Assembly (NCBI GenBank): GCA_963832705.1
Contig: CAWHVP010000002.1
Span: 55,054 to 119,053, forward strand
DNA from: an uncultured beta proteobacterium
GTDB lineage: Bacteria > Pseudomonadota > Gammaproteobacteria > Burkholderiales > Casimicrobiaceae
Direction: 5' to 3'
DNA length: 64,000 nucleotides
This document shows, piece by piece, positions 44,944 to 54,204 of this stretch. The notes below the pieces were generated by a model. The model worked only from the letters and a program-made list of their open reading frames with translations. It was not told where the DNA came from and made no database searches. Position numbers and translations under genes: made by a program. Position 1 is the first letter of the stretch. The number at the start of each line of letters is the position of its first letter.

Positions 44944-45880
44944 CGAACCGGCCGAGGCGCACGGCGGTCTCGCCCTTCTTCGGCCGGCGCGTGGGCATGA
45001 TCAGCACGCAGTCGTCGTAGGGCGTGCGGACTTCGGCGTCGCCGTCGCGCGCGAGCAGCGTGCCGGCCGCGGGCACGACGGCGAGGCCGTGCACCGGCCG
45101 CGCGAACGCGAAGTCGTCGCTCCCGATCGTCACCGCGGCGGTCACCTCGATCACGCGCTGCGGCGTCCCCGAGGGCGGGGCCGCGTGCGCGTCGAGGAAC
45201 GCGCCGTCCACGATGCCGAAATGGCGCAGGAAGGACAGCGTCGCCTGGCGCGCGACCTCGGGCGCCGCGCGCTCCCAGTGCTGGCCGCATTCGACGAGCA
45301 GCGCGTTGCGCGGGTCGCCGGCGTCGTCGAAGAACGCGTAGTCGCGCAGCCGCTTCCCGGCCGCGTGCCCGGAGTCGACGATCACGTGCTCGGGAAGCCC
45401 CACCGCCCGCGCGAGCTCGACGCCCTTCCGATGCCGCCCGGCGAGCGCCAGCGGCGGGCAGGGATCGGTCATCGAATGCAGGTCGAGCAGGTGGTCGACG
45501 CGGTCGTAGTGCGGCCGCAGCGCCCGGGCGCGCTCGAGGTCGGCGCTGCGGCGCGGGCCGGACAGCACGTCGTCGGACCACAGGCGGTTGAAGTCCTCGT
45601 CGACGCAGCGCGACGCGAAGGGCTCGGCGTGGTCGAAGCCGCGGTAGGCGTCGATGTTCGCGAAGCAGACCGACAGCGTGCCGCGCACCGGGCGCGCGCC
45701 GCTGTCGAGCAGCCAGTCGAGCGCGATGGCGCCGCACACCTCGTTGCCGTGCGTCAGCGCCTGCAGCCAGACGTGCGGCCCGGGGCGGCCGGACTCGAAG
45801 GTCCAGACGTAGGGCGTGCCGGTGTTGCCCGCGGCCCAGCGGTCGAGGTCGGGGAAGTCGACTTCGATGGCCGGGATCAC
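44936..45880 (-). CDS. succinylglutamate desuccinylase/aspartoacylase (AstE/AspA) family zinc deacylase
   Basis: Intact 314-aa ORF: ...GPHVWLQALTHGNEVCGAIALDWLL...DEDFNRLW...LLDLHSMT... The pattern is typical of this family. Confidence 0.8.
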   Translation of the reverse strand: MIPAIEVDFPDLDRWAAGNTGTPYVWTFESGRPGPHVWLQALTHGNEVCGAIALDWLLDSGARPVRGTLSVCFANIDAYRGFDHAEPFASRCVDEDFNRLWSDDVLSGPRRSADLERARALRPHYDRVDHLLDLHSMTDPCPPLALAGRHRKGVELARAVGLPEHVIVDSGHAAGKRLRDYAFFDDAGDPRNALLVECGQHWERAAPEVARQATLSFLRHFGIVDGAFLDAHAAPPSGTPQRVIEVTAAVTIGSDDFAFARPVHGLAVVPAAGTLLARDGDAEVRTPYDDCVLIMPTRRPKKGETAVRLGRFVT

Positions 45881-45887
45881 GAGAAGC

Positions 45888-47127
45888 TCACGCGACGCAC
45901 ACGCGGTCGGCGAGGCGGCGCATGAACGCCTCGCACTGCGCGAGCTGGTCGAGCGCCACCCACTCGTTCGGCTGGTGCGCCTGCGCGATGTGGCCGGGGC
46001 CGCAGATGATCGTCGGGATCGCCGCGCCGTGGAACAGCGCGGCCTCGGTGCCGAACGACACCTTGCCGTGCTCGTGCGTGCCGTTGCACGCCTTGCCGAT
46101 GGACGCGATCTCGCTGTCGCCGTGCGTGTCGAAGCCCGGCAGCGCCGACATCTGGTCGAACTCGATGAACGTGTCGGGCGACACCGCGTGCATCGCCGGC
46201 AGGAACCGCTGGGCGTACGCCTCGACCTCGGCGAACAGCGCGTCGGGGTCGTCGAACGGCAGGTGGCGGACCTCGAAGTCGAACCAGCAGTCGCGCGGCA
46301 CGATGTTGACCGCCGTGCCGCCGTGGATGACCCCGGTGTGCACGGTCGTGAACGGGACGTCGTAGTCGCGGTCGAACGCGCCCTGGTCGCGGAACGCGCG
46401 CGCCATGTTGGTGAGGTAGGTCACGATCTCGCAGGCGATCTGCACGGCGTTGACGCCGAGCGGCGTCAGCGACGAGTGCGCCTCGTGCCCGCGGATCCGG
46501 CAGCGCCAGCTCTTCTTGCCCTTGTGCGCGACGACGAGCCGCATGCCGGTCGGCTCGCCGACGATGCAGCCGGCCGGCTTCACGCCGCGCCGGGCGATGT
46601 CGTCGATCAGCCGCCGCACGCCGATGCAGCCGACCTCCTCGTCGTAGGACAGCGCGAGGTGCACCGGTCGCGCGAGGCCGCGGCGCAGGAACTCGGGCAC
46701 GAAGGCGAGCGCCGTCGCGCAGAAGCTCTTCATGTCGGTGACGCCGCGGCCGTAGGCCCGGTCGCCCTGACATCGTCGCGTCGAACGGATTGGTCTCCCA
46801 CGGCTGGCCGTCGACCGGCACGACGTCGGTGTGCCCGGACAGCACGATGCCGTTGGTCGTCGCGTTGCCGTCCCGCGCCGGCAGCGTCGCGAACAGGTTG
46901 GCCTTGCGCTGGTCGTCGTCGAACGTGAGCTTGGACGCGACGCCGTGCGCGGACAGATAGCCGCGGACCCAGTCGATCAGCGCGAGGTTCGACTCGCGGC
47001 TCGTCGTGTCGAACGAGACCAGCTTGTGGATCAGGTCCCACGCGGCGAGATTCGCCGCCGTGAGGGCGGGCGCGCCGGCGGCAGGGGCGGCGGCGCGAAC
47101 GGAGTCGGGCGTGGCAGGGGCGTTCAT
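45888..47127 (-). CDS. argE: acetylornithine deacetylase-like M20 peptidase (ArgE family); frameshift near 46760
   Basis: The N-terminal part comes from ORF 45877..47127(-): ...LIHKLVSFDTTSRESNLALIDWVRGYLSAHGV...IVLSGHTDVVPVDGQPWETNPF. The C-terminal part comes from ORF 45888..46733(-): MKSF...LSYDEEVGCIGVRRLI...CIVGEPTGMRLVVAHKG...GGTAVNIVP...FGTEAALF. The specific substrate is uncertain. Confidence 0.75.
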
Positions 47128-47312
47128 CGGGCGTCCCTCGGCGAAGCCGCTCTCGGTGCGGGCGGCAGGAACGGTCGAGCATAGGCAGCCGCCGTGGGGC
47201 TGTCAAATCAGGGCCGCGGCACGACGAAACCCGGCACGGTGCCTTGGTCACGCCCCTCCCGTTGCGCTATCCTTCGAAGTCAGGTCCGCGGGTCGTCCAC
47301 AGGGGGAAAATC

Positions 47313-48905
47313 ATGTCGTTGCGCCGACGCATTGCCGCGCCGTTCGTTGCCGTCCTCATGGCGCTGGCCGCCGCGGTCGGCGCCGGTTCCACCACGGCGG
47401 CCGCCGCCGACCTCACCATCGGCCTCGGGACCGACGTCACGGCGCTCGACCCGCACTATCACAACGTCACGCCGAACAACAACGTCGCGGCGCACCTCTT
47501 CGGCTACCTCGTCGGGCGCAACGAGAAATCGCAGCTCGAGCCCGGCCTCGCGACGTCGTGGAAGACGATCGATCCGCTGACCTGGGAATTCAAGCTGCGC
47601 AAGGGCGTCAAGTTCCACGACGGCAGCGACTTCACCGCGGCCGACGTCGTCGCCACCATCGAGCGCGTGCCCACGGTGCCGAACAGCCCGTCGCCGTTCA
47701 CCGCGTACACCAAGCAGATCAAGGAGATGATCGTCGTCGATCCGCTGACGATCCGGTTCAGGACGGCCACGCCCTATCCGCTGATGCCGTCGGACATGAC
47801 GCAGATCGCGATCATCTCGAAGGCGGCGGCGAAGGCGACGACCGACGACTTCAACAGCGGCAAGGCGGCGATCGGCGCCGGGCCGTACAAGCTCGTCCGC
47901 TACGCCAAGGGCGACCGGATCGAGCTCGTCCGCAACGACGCGTACTGGGGCGGCAGGACGCCGTGGACGAAGGTCACGCTGCGGCTGCTGCCGCCCGATG
48001 CCGCGCGCGTCGCGGCGCTGCTGTCGGGCGACGTGCAGGTGATCGAGAACGTCCCGACGACCGACGTCGCGAAGCTGCGGAGCGACAAGCGGCTGTCCAT
48101 CTACAAGACCGTCGCCGACCGGATGATCTACCTGCACATGGACAGCGAGCGCGACGTGTCGCCGTTCGTCACCGACAAGGCCGGCAAGCCGATGACGAAG
48201 AACCCGCTGAAGGACCCGCGGGTGAGGAAGGCGATCTCGAAGGCGATCAACCGGCCGGCGATCGTCGAGAAGGTGATGGAGGGCGAGGCGGTCGCGGCCG
48301 GGCAGCTGATTCCCGACTTCCTGTTCGGCGCGACGAAGAACCTGAAGGTCGAGCCCTACGACCCCGAGGGGGCGAAGAAGCTGCTGGCCGAGGCGGGCTA
48401 TCCCGACGGCTTCGGGCTCACGATCCACGCGCCGAACAACCGCTACGTGAACGACGCCAAGATCGCGCAGACCGTCGCGCAGATGCTCTCGCGCGTGGGC
48501 ATCGACACCAAGGTGATCGCGCAGCCGTCGTCGACGTTCTTCTCGCAGGCGACCGACTTCAAGTTCAGCTTCATGCTGCTCGGCTGGAGCACGGGCACCG
48601 GCGAGGCGTCGTCGTCGCTGAAGGCGCTGCTGATGACGGTCAACAAGGAGAGGGGCTTCGGCACCGCGAACCGCGGCCGCTACTCGAACGGCAAGGTCGA
48701 CGCGCTGACCGAGGACGCGCTGCAGACCGTCGACGACGCCAAGCGCGAGGCGCTGCTGCAGCGGGCGACCGAGATCGCGATCAACGACACGGGCGTGATC
48801 CCGCTGCACTTCCAGGTCAACCTGTGGGCGACGCGCGACGGCATCAGCTACGTGCCGCGCACCGACGAGAACACGCACGCGTGGAAGATGAAGCCGCGGA
48901 CCTGA
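47313..48905 (+). CDS. ABC-transporter substrate-binding protein, family 5 (peptide/nickel/opine type), orphan
   Basis: The ORF is intact. The signal peptide is MSLRRRIAAPFVAVLMALAAAVGAGSTTAAAA. It continues DLTIGLGTDVTALDPHYHNVTPNNNVAAHLFGYLV...WEFKLRKGVKFHDGSDFTAADVV. No permease or ATPase genes are in the window. Confidence 0.85.
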   Translation: MSLRRRIAAPFVAVLMALAAAVGAGSTTAAAADLTIGLGTDVTALDPHYHNVTPNNNVAAHLFGYLVGRNEKSQLEPGLATSWKTIDPLTWEFKLRKGVKFHDGSDFTAADVVATIERVPTVPNSPSPFTAYTKQIKEMIVVDPLTIRFRTATPYPLMPSDMTQIAIISKAAAKATTDDFNSGKAAIGAGPYKLVRYAKGDRIELVRNDAYWGGRTPWTKVTLRLLPPDAARVAALLSGDVQVIENVPTTDVAKLRSDKRLSIYKTVADRMIYLHMDSERDVSPFVTDKAGKPMTKNPLKDPRVRKAISKAINRPAIVEKVMEGEAVAAGQLIPDFLFGATKNLKVEPYDPEGAKKLLAEAGYPDGFGLTIHAPNNRYVNDAKIAQTVAQMLSRVGIDTKVIAQPSSTFFSQATDFKFSFMLLGWSTGTGEASSSLKALLMTVNKERGFGTANRGRYSNGKVDALTEDALQTVDDAKREALLQRATEIAINDTGVIPLHFQVNLWATRDGISYVPRTDENTHAWKMKPRT

Positions 48906-48937
48906 CGGCCCGGCGTGACGAAGGAGACGACACCGCG

Positions 48938-50407
48938 ATGAACGCCCCGATTGCGCAATGCCCGGTGACGACACCGGCCGAGCACTTCATCGGCAACCGC
49001 TGGGTGGCGCCCGCCGACGGCCAGGTGCTGCCGATGATCGATCCGTCGGAGGGCGCGCCGTTCGGCGCGATCGCGCGCGGCAGCGCCGCCGACGTCGACC
49101 GCGCGGTCGCGGCGGCGCAAGGCGCGCGCGACGGCGCGTGGGGAAAGCTCGCCCCGGTGGAGAAGGGCCGGGCGCTCGCGCGATTGTCGCGGTCGATCCT
49201 CGACCACGTCGACGAGCTGGCGCTGCTCGAGGCGCGCGACTGCGGCAAGCCGATGAAGCAGGCGCGCGCCGATGCGATCGCCTGCGCGCGCTACTTCGAG
49301 TTCTACGGCGGCGCCTGCGACAAGTTCCACGGCGAGACGATTCCGTATCCCGCCGGCTACACGGTGCTCACCTGGCGCGAGCCGCACGGCGTGACCGGGC
49401 ACATCATCCCGTGGAACTACCCGCTGCAGATCTTCGGGCGCAGCGTCGGCGGCGCGCTCGCGGCGGGCAACGCCTGCGTCGTGAAGCCGGCCGAGGACGC
49501 CTGCGTGTCGCTGCTGCGCGTGGCCGAGCTCGCCGCCGAATGCGGCTTCCCCGACGGCGCGCTCAACATCGTCACCGGCCTCGGTCCCGAGGCCGGCGCG
49601 GCGCTCGCGCGGCATCCGGGCATCGAGCACATCTCGTTCACCGGCTCGCCGCCGACCGGCGCGTGGGTCGCGCAGGAGGCGGCGAAGCGGCACTGCCCGG
49701 TCACGCTGGAGCTGGGCGGCAAGGGGCCGCAGGTCGTGTTCGCCGACGCCGATCTCGACGCGGCGCTGCCGGTGCTCGTCAACGCGATCGTGCAGAACGC
49801 CGGCCAGACCTGCTCGGCGGGGAGCCGCCTCCTGGTCGAGCGCTCGCGCTACGAGGAGGTGCTCGCGCGCCTCGGCGAGCGCTTCGCGGCGCTGAAGGTC
49901 GGGCCGGCGTTCGCCGACCTCGACTGCGGGCCGCTGATCCGCGCCGGGCAGCTCGACCGCGTCCGCGGGTTTCTCGCCGAGGCGGCGGAGGCCGGCATCG
50001 CGACGGTGGCGCAGGGCACGATCGTCGCCGATGCGCCGGCCACCGGCTACTACGTCGAGCCGCGGCTGCTGCGCGACGTGCCGCCGACCTGCCGGCTGGG
50101 CTGCGAGGAGGTGTTCGGCCCGGTGCTCGCGGCGATGCCGTTCGACGACGAGGCCGACGCCGCCCGCATCGCCAACGCGACCGAGTTCGGCCTCGTCGCC
50201 GGCGTGTGGACCGCCAACGGCGCGCGGCAGCTGCGGATGGCGCGCGCGATCCGCAGCGGCCAGGTCTTCATCAACAACTACGGCGCCGGCGGCGGCGTCG
50301 AGCTGCCGTTCGGCGGCGTCAAGTCGTCGGGCTACGGCCGCGAGAAGGGCTTCGAGGCGCTGTACGGCTTCACCGTGCTGAAGACCGTCGTGCTGCAGCA
50401 TGGCTGA
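48938..50407 (+). CDS. NAD(P)-dependent aldehyde dehydrogenase
   Basis: Intact: MNAPIAQCPVTTPAEHFIGNRWVAP...IIPWNYPLQIFGRSVGGALAAGNACVVKPAEDA...VTLELGGKGPQVVFADADLD...NAGQTCSAGSRLLV...EEVFGPVL. Confidence 0.9.
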   Translation: MNAPIAQCPVTTPAEHFIGNRWVAPADGQVLPMIDPSEGAPFGAIARGSAADVDRAVAAAQGARDGAWGKLAPVEKGRALARLSRSILDHVDELALLEARDCGKPMKQARADAIACARYFEFYGGACDKFHGETIPYPAGYTVLTWREPHGVTGHIIPWNYPLQIFGRSVGGALAAGNACVVKPAEDACVSLLRVAELAAECGFPDGALNIVTGLGPEAGAALARHPGIEHISFTGSPPTGAWVAQEAAKRHCPVTLELGGKGPQVVFADADLDAALPVLVNAIVQNAGQTCSAGSRLLVERSRYEEVLARLGERFAALKVGPAFADLDCGPLIRAGQLDRVRGFLAEAAEAGIATVAQGTIVADAPATGYYVEPRLLRDVPPTCRLGCEEVFGPVLAAMPFDDEADAARIANATEFGLVAGVWTANGARQLRMARAIRSGQVFINNYGAGGGVELPFGGVKSSGYGREKGFEALYGFTVLKTVVLQHG

Positions 50408-50422
50408 GCGAAGCTCGCGGCG

Positions 50423-50450
50423 CGGAGAGGGTGCCGCCAGCGGGTGAGGG
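50423..50450. repeat. REP-A half copy (right half only)
   Basis: cGGAGAGGGtgccgccagcGGGTGAGGG, right after the aldehyde dehydrogenase stop. The left arm is absent. Confidence 0.5.
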
Positions 50451-50969
50451 CTCGCGGAGCGCAAGGTGACAGCGAGCTGAGGCGATCCTGCTCGGTCCGG
50501 CTCTACGACCTGCCGGCGCCCGACCGGTATTCGGGTGCGCTCGCGGCCGCAGCCGTGACCGTGCGCCGCGCGCTCGCCTACGAGAAGGAACCGGTCACGG
50601 CCTGGGTCCGCGCCGAATTCGGCGACGCGTGGGCCGGCGAGTGCGACGTCGCGTTCGCGCGCGAGCCGGTCGCCTGCTACGTCGCGACGCGAGACGGCCG
50701 CATCGTCGGCTTCGCCTGCCACGACAGCACCTGCCGCAATTTCTTCGGGCCGATGGGCGTCGCGGAGGCCGCGCGCGGCCGCGGCATCGGCAGCGCGCTG
50801 CTGCTCGCCTGCCTGCACGCGATGGCCGCGGCCGGCTACGCCTACGCGATCATCGGCGGCGTCGGGCGACGACGCGATCTACCGCGACGTCGCCGCCGCC
50901 GTCGTCATCGACGGCTCGACGCCGGGCATCTACCGCGACCGGCTCGCGCGCCCGGAATCGCCGGCCTGA
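50444..50969 (+). CDS. GNAT-family N-acetyltransferase; start uncertain, frameshift near 50865
   Basis: VRLYDLPAPDRYSGALAAAAVTVRRALAYEKEPVTAWVRAEFGDAWAGECDVAFAREPVACYVATRDGRIVGFACHDSTCRNFFGPMGVAEAARGRGIGSALLLACLHAMAAAGYAYAIIGGVG / DDAIYRDVAAAVVIDGSTPGIYRDRL. Stop is TGA 50967-50969. Confidence 0.55.
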
Positions 50970-51041
50970 GCGCGGCGGCCGGCCGCATCCGGCGCAGGAT
51001 TTCGAACCAGACCACACGGACCGCACAGGGGGAACGTCACC

Positions 51042-51797
51042 ATGAGACTCGCCAACAAGGTCGCCATCGTCACCGGCGGCGGCTCGGGCTTCGGGGAAGG
51101 CATCGCGCGGCGCTTCGCCGCCGAGGGCGCGAAGGTCGTCGTCAACGACATCGACGCCGCCAACGGCGAGCGCGTCGTCCGCGACATCGCGCAGGCGGGC
51201 GGCCACGCGAAGTTCTGCGCGGGCAACGTCTCGGTCGACGCCGACGTGTCGCGGCTGGTCGCGTTCGCGCTCGCGGGCTTCGGCGACCTCGACGTCTTCG
51301 TCAACAACGCCGGCACGACGCACCGGAACCAGCCGCTGCTCGACGTGGCCGAGCACGAGTTCGACCGCATCTACGCGGTGAACGTGAAGAGCCTGTTCCT
51401 GTCGGCGAAGCACGCGGTGCCGCACTTCCGCCGCAAGCGGAACGGCGTGTTCATCACCATCGCGTCGACGGCCGGCGTGCGGCCGCGCCCCGGGCTCACC
51501 TGGTACAACGGCAGCAAGGGCGCGGCGATCGTCACCTCGCGCTCGATGGCGGCCGAGCTCGCTCCCGACAACATCCGCGTCAACGTCATCAACCCGGTCG
51601 CCGGCGAGACGGCGATGCTGAAGGACTTCATGGGCCAGGACACGCCGGAGATCCGCGCCAGGTTCGTCGCGTCGATCCCGATCGGCCGCCTGTCGCAGCC
51701 CTCCGACATCGCGACGGCCGCGGTGTTCTTCGCGTCCGACGAGGCGGCGTTCATCACCGGCGCCTGCCTCGAGGTCGACGGCGGGCGCTGCATCTGA
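51042..51797 (+). CDS. SDR-family oxidoreductase (FabG-like)
   Basis: Intact 251-aa ORF: MRLANKVAIVTGGGSGFGEGIARRFAAEGAKVVVND...NNAGTTH...ASTAGVRPRPGLTWYNGSKGAA...GRLSQPSDIATAAVFFASDEAAFITGACLEVDGG. Confidence 0.85.
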   Translation: MRLANKVAIVTGGGSGFGEGIARRFAAEGAKVVVNDIDAANGERVVRDIAQAGGHAKFCAGNVSVDADVSRLVAFALAGFGDLDVFVNNAGTTHRNQPLLDVAEHEFDRIYAVNVKSLFLSAKHAVPHFRRKRNGVFITIASTAGVRPRPGLTWYNGSKGAAIVTSRSMAAELAPDNIRVNVINPVAGETAMLKDFMGQDTPEIRARFVASIPIGRLSQPSDIATAAVFFASDEAAFITGACLEVDGGRCI

Positions 51798-51801
51798 GGC
51801 C

Positions 51802-51868
51802 GCGCTCACCGGGCTACCTTCGCGCTGCGCGCTCCGGTGTTCGCCCTCGGGGCGGCCCTTCGGGCTCA
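51802..51868. repeat. REP-B intergenic repeat, copy 1
   Basis: GCGCTCACCG...CGCCCTCGGGGCGGCCCTTCGGGCTCA. It shares both ends with 54136-54204. Its terminal TCA is the stop codon (minus strand) of the TerB-like gene. Confidence 0.7.
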
Positions 51869-52823
51869 CGCCCGGCCGATCAGCGCCGGCAGGCTCCTGA
51901 CGTCGATCGTCCGCGCGCGCTCGCGGATCGCGTCCGGCGTAGTTCGCCGACAGCCCCTGCGCCTGCTCGAGCAACGGCGCGAACGCCGCCTTGAGCTTCG
52001 CCGCGTCGAGCGTGCGGCCCGCCGCGTAGTACTGCCGCGCGACCTGGCCGATCGCCCAGGTCGTCGCGAACGACATGCCGGAGCTCGCCGCCTGGTTGCC
52101 GGCGGCGCGGCCCAGCCCGCCGAGGACCGAGCCCAGCAGCCCGCCGAGGAGCTTGCGGCCGTACTGCTCCAGGTACTGGCCGGCGAGGCCGACGCCGAGG
52201 GTCGCGAGAAAGTCGGTGATGTGGCCGCGGTCGAGCTCGAAGCCGTAGGCCTGGCCGATGCGGTACACGAGCTTCATCTGCAGCGGGATGATCGCCAGCG
52301 ACGCCAGCGACTCGGGCAGCAGCTCGAGCGCGGCGTTGGTGATCGCCGCGTTGAGGATCTGGCGGTCGAGCTCCGCCGGATCGGGCTCGACGCGGCCGGC
52401 GACGCTGCGCGCCGGCTCGTCGGCGCCGCCCGGGCCCGCCAGCGGCGCGGTGACGATCGCATCGGCCGCGCTCGCGTGCTCCCGCGCCTGCGCGGCGGGC
52501 AGGCCCAGCGCGCTCGCGAGCTCGGCGAGAAACGCCGCCTCCGCCGGCGTCTGCGCGCCGTCGGCGTCGATCACGCCGACCGCCATCTCGTACGCGTACT
52601 GGCGCGTGCCGGCGGCCGCCAGCGGCTGCACGACGTCGGCGAGCCGCGGCGGGTTCAGCAGCACGTCGTCGTACAGCGCGGCGACGTCGATCGTCCCCGT
52701 CCCCAGCCGGCCGACGAGGCTCTTCACCTGCGCGCGCTCGCGCTCGTCCTTGAGGCCGTCGCTGTAGGCGGCCATCAGCGCCACGGTGAGCACGGCACGG
52801 ATTTCGGCTTCGGTCATCTGCAA
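51866..52823 (-). CDS. TerB-like N-terminal domain fused to a DUF697/YcjF-like membrane-associated domain; frameshift near 51940
   Basis: ORF 50850..52823(-) begins MQMTEAEIRAVLTVALMAAYSDGLKDERERAQVKSLV...AQTPAEAAFLAELASALGL. It continues ...ILNAAITNAALELLPESLASLAIIPLQMKLVYRIGQAYGFELDRGHITDFLATLGVGLAG. The C-terminus, recovered by me, is ...LSANYA/DAIRERARTIDVRSLPALIGRA*. Domain names are from memory. Confidence 0.55.
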
Positions 52824-52946
52824 TCTCCCTTCGTTGGCTTTCAGCAGTGCTCGACGCGACCGCGTCGGACAGGCGCGCCCACCCCGGATTCCGGGCGACG
52901 GGCGCCGCCGCGATTGGACCGCGGACCCCGGCCCGGAATTCCCGGC

Positions 52947-54158
52947 TCAGCCGATCACGCCGTTCCGCCGCAGCGCCGCGATCGTCGCGTCGTCGTAGCC
53001 CAGCTCGCGCAGCACGGCGTCGGTGTGCTCGCCCAGCGCCGGCCCGCCGCCGTCGAAATCGCCCGGGGTCGCCGAGAGCTTCGGCACGACGCCGGGCACC
53101 TTCAGCGTCGACCCGTCGGTCAGGCGGACCTGCCGGATCATCCCGCGCGCCGCGTAGTGCGGGTCGGCGACGATGTCGGCGATCGAGTAGATCTTCGACG
53201 CGGGGACGCCGGCCGCCTGCATCGCCGCGAGCACGTCCCCGGGCGGGCGCTGCTGCGTCCACGCCTCGATCTCGCCGTCGAGCCAGGCCTGGCGCGCGGC
53301 GCGGCCCTCGTTGTGCGCGAGCGACGCGTCGTCGGCGAGGTCGGCGCGGCCCATCGCGCCGCACAGCCGCTTGAAGATCGAGTCGCCGTTGCCGGCGATC
53401 AGCACGTGGCTGCCGTCGGCGCAGCGGTAGGCGGACGTCGGCGCGATGCCGGGCAGGATCGAGCCGGTGCGCTCGCGCACGACGCCGAACGCGTCGTACT
53501 CGGGCAGCAGCGACTCCATCACCGCGAACACCGACTCGAACAGCGCGACGTCGACGACCTGGCCGCGGCCCGTCCGGTGCCGCGTCTCGATGGCGAGCAG
53601 CGCGCCGATGACGCCGTACAGCGCCGACAGCGTGTCGCCGATGGAGATGCCGGTCCGCGCCGGCGGGCGGTCCGGCGTGCCGGTCACGTGGCGCAGTCCG
53701 CCCATCGCCTCGCCGATGACGCCGAAGCCGGGGCGGTCCTTGTACGGGCCGGTCTGCCCGTAGCCGGAGACGCGGACCATGACGAGGCCGGGGTTCTCCG
53801 CCGCCAGCGCGTCGTAGGCGAGCCCCCAGGCCTCCAGCGTGCCCGGACGGAAGTTCTCGACGACGATGTCGGCGGCGAGCGCCAGCTTGCGCGCGATCGC
53901 CTGGCCCTCGGGCGTGCGCAGGTCGACGGCGATCGACTTCTTGCCGCGCGACTGCACGTGCCACCACACCGACGTGCCGTCCTTGACGTAGCGCCACTTG
54001 CGCAGCGGGTCGCCCTCGCCCGGAGGCTCGATCTTGACGACCTCCGCGCCGAACTCGGCGAGCAGCTTCGCGCAGAACGGGCCGGCGATCAGCGCGCCCA
54101 TCTCGAGCACCTTGAGGCCGGCAAGGGGGCGCGCAGCGCTCACCGACGGCCCCCACAC
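52947..54158 (-). CDS. CaiB/BaiF family III CoA-transferase (alternative GTG start at 54143)
   Basis: Intact 403-aa ORF: ...PLAGLKVLEMGALIAGPFCAKLLAEFGAEVVKIEPPGEGDPLRKW...NFRPGTLEAWGL...VRVSGYGQTGPYKDRPGFGVIGEAMGG...D. Confidence 0.85.
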   Translation of the reverse strand: MWGPSVSAARPLAGLKVLEMGALIAGPFCAKLLAEFGAEVVKIEPPGEGDPLRKWRYVKDGTSVWWHVQSRGKKSIAVDLRTPEGQAIARKLALAADIVVENFRPGTLEAWGLAYDALAAENPGLVMVRVSGYGQTGPYKDRPGFGVIGEAMGGLRHVTGTPDRPPARTGISIGDTLSALYGVIGALLAIETRHRTGRGQVVDVALFESVFAVMESLLPEYDAFGVVRERTGSILPGIAPTSAYRCADGSHVLIAGNGDSIFKRLCGAMGRADLADDASLAHNEGRAARQAWLDGEIEAWTQQRPPGDVLAAMQAAGVPASKIYSIADIVADPHYAARGMIRQVRLTDGSTLKVPGVVPKLSATPGDFDGGGPALGEHTDAVLRELGYDDATIAALRRNGVIG

Positions 54159-54204
54159 CCCCCGAGGGGGCGCAATTCGCGCTCGGGGCGGCCCTTCGCG
54201 CTCA
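54136..54204. repeat. REP-B intergenic repeat, copy 2
   Basis: GCGCTCACCG...CGCGCTCGGGGCGGCCCTTCGCGCTCA. It lies between the dctM stop (its terminal TCA at 54202-54204) and the CoA-transferase start. Confidence 0.7.
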
